Origin: an uncultured Nitrospiraceae bacterium
GTDB lineage: Bacteria; Nitrospirota; UBA9217
DNA: 64,000 nt
Direction of reading: 5' to 3'
Assembly (NCBI GenBank): GCA_964412455.1
Contig: CAYPOT010000009.1
Coordinates: forward strand, 5,179-69,178
Shown here: piece after piece, positions 9,661 to 16,653 of the stretch
How positions within the stretch are numbered: the stretch's first letter is position 1
Layout of the letters: every line of letters starts with the position of its first letter
Translations under genes and position numbers: made by a program
Notes under the pieces: generated by a model
The model's input: only the letters and a program-made list of their open reading frames with translations
Told to the model about the DNA's origin: nothing
Databases searched by the model: none

Positions 9661-10766
9661 GGTGTGTCTGCGCTATGGAAAATCACATCGTCATGATGCC
9701 TAATATGATAATACCATATGGCTACGAAATAGTGCCAATTATGGCTTATCCTGCTGGTTTTATCTACAGATTTAGATTTGATGAGGAATGGCTTTCAGAT
9801 AGGATAAAAGCCGATGTGTCTTCATTGTCAGCGAAAAAGGGTTATATCGTTTTCAGAGATCCAGAAAGCGCTACGTTTTACCCCATAAGGCATATCACAA
9901 TCAAGGTGGCGCAAAGAATAGGTAAATACTATTATTTTGAATATGAATTAAATGAAATATTTGACTTTGATTCTAACGAAACATGGAGGACAAAGCAAAT
10001 AACTCAATTTAATGACTCTTTTAAGAGTTTTCATGAATCAGAGTTTAAAGACAACATTCCTGGTAAAGATATGAAGCCCCTCGTATTTTTGACTAATTTT
10101 GCACCAACCATAAATAATGAACATGTCCAATTTACAAATCCATTGGAAAATGAGTTGGAGCGATGGGGAAATATAATTTCAATTATTAAAAATATAAAGT
10201 TTTATGAAAACGTAGAATTTATAAAAATCCTTGATATAGTGCCAATGAAAAAGCGAGACGAGGAAGTGCAAGTTAAAGAGAATTATTTATTTGTACAAGA
10301 AGACGGCGATTATAAGTTGAGGATATTTCAGCTTAAGCCTAAAGGATCGGTAGAAAGGATCGAACCGAAAGATATTGAAGTAAGATCAGACGACAAATAT
10401 ATTAGCGTCATAAGAAATAAACAACGCGCAGTAGGGAAGTATGATGTGCTAAGTTTCGTTTTCCGCGTGCATGCCGGCAGTGGAGGCCAGAGAAGTTATT
10501 TAGATGTTCTACATGCTCCCAAAACAGAAGCAGCCCAGTACATTGCGCCGACACTGTATCTTCCAGTAGCTATTCAAGGAAAAAGAAAGCTAATGGTTAT
10601 AAGAATTTTATTTGCCTTTGTCTTAGTCTCATTCTATCTTTTTCCTGAGGCTATAAGTTTCATATCTGATCACAGGATTGTGAAGGATTTTGCTATGGTC
10701 CTCTTCACTATTTCTGTGATAGATATTCTGAAAGAAATACGGGACCTGTTTAAGGCGAATAGATAA
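9657..10766 (+). CDS. Hypothetical protein with soluble N-domain and two C-terminal transmembrane helices
   Basis: No recognisable motif. C-terminus LMVIRILFAFVLVSFYLFPEAI...VKDFAMVLFTISVIDIL is strongly hydrophobic. Start overlaps the MTase stop (ATGA) and its stop overlaps the next start. Confidence 0.45.
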   Translation: MRCVCAMENHIVMMPNMIIPYGYEIVPIMAYPAGFIYRFRFDEEWLSDRIKADVSSLSAKKGYIVFRDPESATFYPIRHITIKVAQRIGKYYYFEYELNEIFDFDSNETWRTKQITQFNDSFKSFHESEFKDNIPGKDMKPLVFLTNFAPTINNEHVQFTNPLENELERWGNIISIIKNIKFYENVEFIKILDIVPMKKRDEEVQVKENYLFVQEDGDYKLRIFQLKPKGSVERIEPKDIEVRSDDKYISVIRNKQRAVGKYDVLSFVFRVHAGSGGQRSYLDVLHAPKTEAAQYIAPTLYLPVAIQGKRKLMVIRILFAFVLVSFYLFPEAISFISDHRIVKDFAMVLFTISVIDILKEIRDLFKANR

Positions 10767-12907
10767 TGGTTATCGTTGGCCTAAACCTTGGTTCAACAGA
10801 ATTTAATAAGAAATTACACGACGGAGGCATCTGTATTGTTGTTGATGGTAAAGTAAAATTCGCAGTGGCTGAAGAGCGTATTTCGCGCAGAAAGCGCTCA
10901 GGCGGATTCAGGGAATCACTGGACTATGCTCTTTCTTGTTTGAATTTAGATAGGAGTAATATCGATCTTGTTGTTTATTCAAGCTGTTGTGAGAGTATTA
11001 ACAATAGCATTAACATCGCAGAATTACAGAATATAAAATCAATTCCCTGTGACCATCATCTATCTCACGCTTTAAGTGTGTATCTGACATCTCCTTATGA
11101 AAAGGCACTTATTGCCGTTTTAGACGCAGGAGGAAATCTTCTCGGTAATGACAACCATAGTGACTGGTGGCTTCATTCCCGAGAGCAGCAATCATACTAT
11201 GTCGCAGAAGGGAACAATGTCACGCTAATTGATAGAGATTTTATCTTACCTGAAGCAGCAGGCATAGGGGAAATATATCGTGCCTTTACATATTATCTTG
11301 GGTGGGAATCTTCTCGATTTGCAGGCAAGACCATGGCGCTTGCCGCATATGGAGATCCTGGTGCATTTAAAGGTAACAACATATTTGACTTGGACATAAA
11401 TGGGAACATACGCTCACATATAAAAAATAATCCGATAGAGCCCTTGTCTATGGTTGAGCAGTTACTCGATAGATATGGGAGAAAAAATGTGCCTCCTCGG
11501 AAAGATGGTCAACCGATTCTACAAGTGCATAGTGATCTTGCTCGCTGGATACAAAATGAAACGGAGGACATAGTAACCGCAAAACTTAACTATTTAATGC
11601 GTAAGACAGGCATTTCTAATCTTTGTTTGGCAGGAGGAGTTGCCTATAATTGCTCGATGGTTGGAAAGATAATGAATAATACTATGGCAAATAATGTTTT
11701 TCTCCAGCCGGCATCGGGTGATCAAGGTCAATGTCTTGGCAATGCCATGTTTGGATACACTCAAATTAGAAATGCTTGGATAAGAGTTAATCCATTCAAT
11801 CCATATCTAGGATGCGGTATTGAAATAAACCATGATACAATTCGAGGCGCGTTAAAGAGTAATAATCAGGTTACAATTAATGCCCCGCGTGATATAGCAG
11901 TAACAACTGCAAAATTACTCTCGCAAGGAGAAATAGTGGCGTGGTTCCAAGATCGGAGTGAATTCGGTCCTCGTGCCTTGGGCAATCGAAGTATTCTTGC
12001 AAACCCCTGTCTTTCGAAGAGTAAGGAGAAATTGAATTCAATAAAGGGTCGTGAAGACTTTATGCCTTTTGCTCCGACTGTTCTATACGAAAGTGCAAAA
12101 GACTATTTTGTGATTTCCGATGAATGTCCTTTTATGACTGCAGCAGTTAAGGTGCGCCCAAACGTCAGAGAAACAATACCGGCAGCTGTCCATGTGGACG
12201 GAACATCTAGAGTCCAAACATTGAGAAAAGAAAATAATCCGCTATTTTACGATTTGATACATGAATTCTACAAGTTGACAAAAGTGCCATTAATTATTAA
12301 TACTTCATTCAATGCAGCTGGTGAGCCTATTGTTGAAACACTTAATAATGCAATAGACACTTTTATGAAATTAGACATAAGATTTATGGTAGCTGGTTCG
12401 TTCCTTCTGGAAAAGCCATTGGTTAGAACATCTATGCCTAGTGTCAAAGATGCAGGTCGGTTGTTGGATATTGTATTTGGGGCGGATCTGATCGTCAACG
12501 AGACGGAATTAAGTGCGCTGCTTAGTGAGCGCTTTCCGGGAATTAAATCCTTTCCTAGAGATAAATTTTTGCTCAATGAAAAATTTATTAATTGGTTAAA
12601 AAACGGCAGAAAAACGACAACCATTAGGTATAAGAAAGTGGGTATAGATTTCCCAGTGGCGACATGTTTGCCGCTAATTCCGACAAAAGATTTTTCAAAA
12701 AATCGAGGTGAAGCGCCAGTTGGCTTTTTGAAAATAAGAAAATATATAATAAAAAAATATCGGGATCTTAATGAAACAGATGCTCGTAATGATGGATTTA
12801 AAACTCTAACGGAGCTAAGAAGTGTTCTTTTCGATATCTATGGTGCTATACAAGAAGATGACTATGTTTCTATATACTATGTTCAAATAAAAAATAATCC
12901 AAGTTAA
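10766..12907 (+). CDS. NodU/CmcH-type carbamoyltransferase (Kae1/YgjD-like N-domain + carbamoyltransferase C-domain) with ~170-aa C-terminal extension, possibly ASCH/PUA-like
   Basis: MVIVGLNLGST...DGGICIVVDGKVKFAVAEERISRRKR...CDHHLSHALSVY (Carbam_trans_N) and RSILANPCLSKSKEKLNSIKGREDFMPFAPTV (Carbam_trans_C). Tail INWLKNGRKTTTIRYKKV is a weak ASCH-like motif. Confidence 0.6.
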   Translation: MVIVGLNLGSTEFNKKLHDGGICIVVDGKVKFAVAEERISRRKRSGGFRESLDYALSCLNLDRSNIDLVVYSSCCESINNSINIAELQNIKSIPCDHHLSHALSVYLTSPYEKALIAVLDAGGNLLGNDNHSDWWLHSREQQSYYVAEGNNVTLIDRDFILPEAAGIGEIYRAFTYYLGWESSRFAGKTMALAAYGDPGAFKGNNIFDLDINGNIRSHIKNNPIEPLSMVEQLLDRYGRKNVPPRKDGQPILQVHSDLARWIQNETEDIVTAKLNYLMRKTGISNLCLAGGVAYNCSMVGKIMNNTMANNVFLQPASGDQGQCLGNAMFGYTQIRNAWIRVNPFNPYLGCGIEINHDTIRGALKSNNQVTINAPRDIAVTTAKLLSQGEIVAWFQDRSEFGPRALGNRSILANPCLSKSKEKLNSIKGREDFMPFAPTVLYESAKDYFVISDECPFMTAAVKVRPNVRETIPAAVHVDGTSRVQTLRKENNPLFYDLIHEFYKLTKVPLIINTSFNAAGEPIVETLNNAIDTFMKLDIRFMVAGSFLLEKPLVRTSMPSVKDAGRLLDIVFGADLIVNETELSALLSERFPGIKSFPRDKFLLNEKFINWLKNGRKTTTIRYKKVGIDFPVATCLPLIPTKDFSKNRGEAPVGFLKIRKYIIKKYRDLNETDARNDGFKTLTELRSVLFDIYGAIQEDDYVSIYYVQIKNNPS

Positions 12908-12939
12908 TTAGTTGCTCTGCTAAACGACAAAACACAAAA

Positions 12940-13782
12940 ATGACGCAATTTTTGAAAGACTTGCTGCGAAACTATGGGCTCTTGTACATAACGCTTACGC
13001 AGCTTTTGAGTGAGCGACCAGGAAACAAGTATGCTTCGCTGGACGAGTACTATCACAGTCTGGGCATGCAGACGCCTGATAACCCAATGTTTTACGTGCA
13101 TCCGAGCTCGGATGGCAAAACGCGCTACTTAGACGAGGGAGAGCACGATATTGAAGCGCGTGATGATGCGGGTAACAAGGTTGGAAAAGTAGTTGGCGTT
13201 TTGGAACTTCCGGAAGACGAATTCTATTTTTTTCAAGCATTCCGTCCTGGCATGTTCGATTTAGAAAAGGATCTTCCTTCATTTCTTTTTGAAATGGCAT
13301 TAATTTATGCTAATTCTCTATTTGAAAATTACATATCTAGCATTATTCGTCTCAGGTTTCAAAAACACCCAGAACTGATGGGTGTCAATAAACAAGTGAC
13401 TTATGGTCAAGTAATTAAGAGCAATTCGAAACAAGATGTCATCGAGCACCTGATTAATCGAGAAGTCCAACAATTGATGTATGAGCCTATCGGTGCAGTA
13501 TTGGAACGAATGCGAGCAAAATACGGATTTCGAGATCTAACCACGAAGTACGACGAGGAAATAATTTATCTGTCACTTATAAGAAATTGCGTTATGCATA
13601 ATTCTCGGAAGGTTGATTCTAAGCTTGCCACCAATAAACCTAAGCTAGTATTAGGCGAAAGATTGCCTGTTGAAAAGAGTCTCGTGGACACAGCAATTCA
13701 TACTTACCGAAAATTTTGCTATGAAGTTGATATCATGTTAGAAGCTATTGGATCACTCAAACAAACAAGTGAGCCTCTATGA
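12940..13782 (+). CDS. Hypothetical protein with HEPN-like Rx4H motif (LIRNCVMHNSRK)
   Basis: 280 aa, last gene of the AT-rich operon. R-x4-H near the C-terminal third is compatible with a HEPN RNase motif. No other recognisable features. Confidence 0.35.
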   Translation: MTQFLKDLLRNYGLLYITLTQLLSERPGNKYASLDEYYHSLGMQTPDNPMFYVHPSSDGKTRYLDEGEHDIEARDDAGNKVGKVVGVLELPEDEFYFFQAFRPGMFDLEKDLPSFLFEMALIYANSLFENYISSIIRLRFQKHPELMGVNKQVTYGQVIKSNSKQDVIEHLINREVQQLMYEPIGAVLERMRAKYGFRDLTTKYDEEIIYLSLIRNCVMHNSRKVDSKLATNKPKLVLGERLPVEKSLVDTAIHTYRKFCYEVDIMLEAIGSLKQTSEPL

Positions 13783-13823
13783 GGAATGTCGGCATATAGA
13801 AATTGCATGCACAGGGGGTATTG

Positions 13824-15518
13824 ATGCGCTACTCGAAACTGTTCATTCCTACATTAAAAGAGGCGCCGACCGACGCCGAGGCGGTCTCGCACAAGCTCAT
13901 GGTGCGCGCCGGCTTCGTGCGCCAGCTCGCGGCGGGGCTCTATATCTACCTTCCGCTGGGCATCCGGGTGATGGAGAAGATCAACCGCATTATCCGCGAG
14001 GAAATGAACGCCATCGGCGGCCAGGAAGTGACCATGCCGGTGCTGAATCCCGCCGAGGTGTGGCAGCAGACCGGGCGGTGGGATGCCATCGGCGGCGAGA
14101 TGTTCCGTCTCAAGGACCGCGGCGGCAGGGACATGTGCCTGGCCATGACCCACGAGGAGACCATGACCTGGCTCGCGGCGCACGATATCCGTTCCTACCG
14201 GGAACTGCCCCAGATCTGGTACCAGGTGCAGACGAAATTACGGGACGAAGCGCGGCCCAAGAGCGGCGTACTCCGGACGCGCGAGTTCACCATGAAGGAC
14301 TCCTACAGCTTCGACGCCGATGAGGCCGGGCTCGACCGGTCCTATCAACTTCATCTCGAGGCCTACAAGAAGATCTACTCCCGCTGCGGAATTCGATTTC
14401 ACGTGGTCCAGAGCGACACGGGCATGATGGGCGGCAGCATGGCGCACGAGTACATGGCGCCTTCTCCGGCGGGCGAGGACGACGTGGCGCTCTGCGATGG
14501 CTGCGGGTACGCGGCGAACACGGAGCTCGCGCTGTCCGTGCCGAAGGCGGCTGCATCATCGAACGACAGTTACGAGGAGATCGCTACGCCGGAACGGCGA
14601 ACCATCGACGAGGTGACCCGCTTCCTGAAGGTCACGCCGGACCGTTTGCTCAAGTCCATCCTCGTCACGACCGACCAGGGACCGCTGCTGGCGCTGGTGC
14701 GCGGCGACCAGACCCTGCATGAGAAGAAGCTGGCCAAGCTTATCGGACCCCATCGGCCCGCGCAGAAGGACGAGGTGAAGGCCGCTCTCGGCGTGCCTGT
14801 CGGATTCATCGGCCCCATGGGCCACAAGATCCGGAAGATCGCTGACCTGGTGCTGAAACAGGGGACCCACATCGCCGGCGCGAACAAGGAAGGCTTCCAT
14901 GTGAAGGGTGTCTCCGCGGACAAGCATTTCAGCGACGCCGAGTTCGCGGACATCCACACCGCGGCGGAAGGCGACGCCTGCGCCCAGTGCGGCAAGCCGC
15001 TGCGCATCGAGCGGGTCATCGAGATCGGGAACATCTTCAAGCTGGGCACCAAGTACTCCGTCCCGCTCAAGGCGAACTACCTTGACGAACAGGGGAATGA
15101 GAAGCCCATCATCATGGGGAGCTACGGCATCGGCCCGGCGCGCATCGCCGCCGCGGCCATCGAGCAGGGGAACGACGAGAACGGCATCATCTGGCCGGCG
15201 GCGATCGCGCCCTACCAGGTCCTGATCGTGCCGGTGAACGTGAAAGACCAGCGCTCCATGGACGTGGCCGAGGAGATGCACACGGCCCTTGAGGAAAAAG
15301 GGTTCGAGGCGCTCATGGACGACCGCGACGAACGGGCCGGCGTCAAGTTCAAGGACGCGGACCTTATCGGCATTCCGTACCGGGTCGTCATCGGCGAGAA
15401 GAACCTGAAGGAAGACCTGGTGGAGCTTAAGGAGCGGAAGACCGGGGTCGTGGTCAAGGTGAAGGTCGCCGACGCGGTGGCGGCGATCGTGAAGAAGATC
15501 GTGATGGAGAACGCGTAA
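13824..15518 (+). CDS. proS: Proline--tRNA ligase
   Basis: [32 protein letters not shown]-terminus and class II aaRS motifs. ATG 13824 preferred over TTG 13803. The first ~45 nt are notably AT-richer than the displaced copy at 6070. Confidence 0.9.
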   Translation: MRYSKLFIPTLKEAPTDAEAVSHKLMVRAGFVRQLAAGLYIYLPLGIRVMEKINRIIREEMNAIGGQEVTMPVLNPAEVWQQTGRWDAIGGEMFRLKDRGGRDMCLAMTHEETMTWLAAHDIRSYRELPQIWYQVQTKLRDEARPKSGVLRTREFTMKDSYSFDADEAGLDRSYQLHLEAYKKIYSRCGIRFHVVQSDTGMMGGSMAHEYMAPSPAGEDDVALCDGCGYAANTELALSVPKAAASSNDSYEEIATPERRTIDEVTRFLKVTPDRLLKSILVTTDQGPLLALVRGDQTLHEKKLAKLIGPHRPAQKDEVKAALGVPVGFIGPMGHKIRKIADLVLKQGTHIAGANKEGFHVKGVSADKHFSDAEFADIHTAAEGDACAQCGKPLRIERVIEIGNIFKLGTKYSVPLKANYLDEQGNEKPIIMGSYGIGPARIAAAAIEQGNDENGIIWPAAIAPYQVLIVPVNVKDQRSMDVAEEMHTALEEKGFEALMDDRDERAGVKFKDADLIGIPYRVVIGEKNLKEDLVELKERKTGVVVKVKVADAVAAIVKKIVMENA

Positions 15519-15529
15519 TTGCAGGGGAA

Positions 15530-15576
15530 ACCCTATGTGGTTGCCCTGATCCGGGCGGCCACGCAGGGCCGCCCCT
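15530..15576. repeat. REP-A repeat, copy 2 (variant GCAGGGGAAACC...)
   Basis: aaccctatgtggttgccctgatccgggcggccacgcagggccgcccctac immediately after the proS stop. Confidence 0.8.
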
Positions 15577-15607
15577 ACATTAGATCAGGCGAGAGGGGCA
15601 AGGGGAA

Positions 15608-15871
15608 ATGCTAGAGCAGGACATCGACACAATCAAGGCGATCATCGCAAAAAAGGCGGAACGATTCAATGCCCGGGCGGGCGACGTGATCTTTGCGGGC
15701 GTCGAGGGCGGCACCGTCAAGATCGCTCCGTCGGGCTTCTGCTGGCGCTGACACGTGACCCGGATAGCCCTGGTCGAGGGCTTACAAAAGGAGCTCGCCG
15801 CGACGTTCCCCTGGGTGGAACAGGTTATCGTGGTACGGCCGGAGCAGGCGGAAACGGGAAAAAAGACTTGA
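15608..15871 (+). CDS. Nfu/NifU-like Fe-S scaffold domain protein with in-frame TGA (candidate selenocysteine, CxxU) at 15749-15751
   Basis: ...GDVIFAGVEGGTVKIAPSGFCWR-TGA-HVTRIALVEGLQKELAATFPWVEQVIVV. The TGA sits where the second Cys of the Nfu CxxC motif is expected, and the frame stays open 39 codons to a TGA at 15869. Good RBS AGGGGAAATG. Confidence 0.45.
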
Positions 15872-15920
15872 ATTCCCGCTGTGAAGTGCCTATAATTTGA
15901 ACCATGGAGGGCGCATACCA

Positions 15921-16151
15921 ATGGCCGATGATTCTTTTACGCTGACACTTACTCCTCAGCAGTGCGTCGAGATAAAGAAACAGATCGGTTTCGACCTCAC
16001 CGAGATCCATATTACCAAGCGGTCGCTGAACAAGCTCAGGGTCTTCCGGCTCCGGCTGAGCGAAGAGCAGCAGCAGACCATCGCCGATGCCTGGGGCCAG
16101 AAGGTGAAAGAGCTGACGGTGACGCGCTCGGTGGCGACGCGGATCATGTGA
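15921..16151 (+). CDS. Small hypothetical protein
   Basis: GGAGG RBS 7 nt upstream of ATG 15921; 76 aa, no recognisable motif. Confidence 0.4.
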   Translation: MADDSFTLTLTPQQCVEIKKQIGFDLTEIHITKRSLNKLRVFRLRLSEEQQQTIADAWGQKVKELTVTRSVATRIM

Positions 16152-16243
16152 TACCGGTCATTTGCGGGGAGGCCCGCAATTCTCTCAAATCAGTTAACCC
16201 GGTTCATTCAGCAACCATGCCATGAAAGAAGGAGGTGAACCCC

Positions 16244-16432
16244 TTGAAAAAACTGTTTGCTGTCATGCTTTCATTGCTTATCGTAGCGGCATTCGTCTTT
16301 ATCGGCTGCGAGAAGAAACCCGAACCGCCGAAGCCCGCACCGGCCCCGGCAGTAGCACCGCCGCCTCCGGCACCAGCACCGGCCCCGGCTCCGGCCCCGG
16401 CACCCACGCCTGCGAAGCCTGCAAAGAAGTAA
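16244..16432 (+). CDS. Small lipoprotein with Ala-Pro repeat tail
   Basis: LKKLFAVMLSLLIVAAFVFIGC (lipobox FIGC) then (PA)n repeat. TTG 16244 or GTG 16235 start after GGAGG. Confidence 0.5.
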   Translation: MKKLFAVMLSLLIVAAFVFIGCEKKPEPPKPAPAPAVAPPPPAPAPAPAPAPAPTPAKPAKK

Positions 16433-16467
16433 TGTACCGCGGGATCTATCAGCTTGTGACCCTATTG

Positions 16468-16494
16468 TGGCCCCCGTCAGGGGGCCTTTTCTTT
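16468..16494 (+). terminator. Rho-independent terminator
   Basis: ggcccccgtcagggggcc hairpin followed by a T-run. Confidence 0.6.
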
Positions 16495-16653
16495 GGAAAG
16501 TACGCCATCATTTTAAAAAGCATTTGGACACGGAAGCATTAGGATTAACGCCTGATAAGGGCGGATAAAAAAACAGGAGACTCTCGCTGACAAAAGTTAA
16601 AGTACCTTCCCCTGAAATATCCGTTTTTATCCGGTTATTATCAGATTTGAGCC

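Noticed and set aside
13803-13823. TTG start for proS at 13803
   Set aside because: The ATG at 13824 gives an N-terminus (MRYSKLFIPTL) identical in register to the displaced fragment's [11 protein letters not shown], which has its own RBS.
15580-15921. 113-aa minus-strand ORF spanning the Nfu-like region
   Set aside because: No RBS and a compositionally odd translation. The plus-strand Nfu-like reading (with TGA) is far more coherent.
16204-16407. Minus-strand ORF encoding a (GA)n peptide
   Set aside because: It is antisense to the Ala-Pro repeat of the small lipoprotein gene and is a low-complexity artefact.
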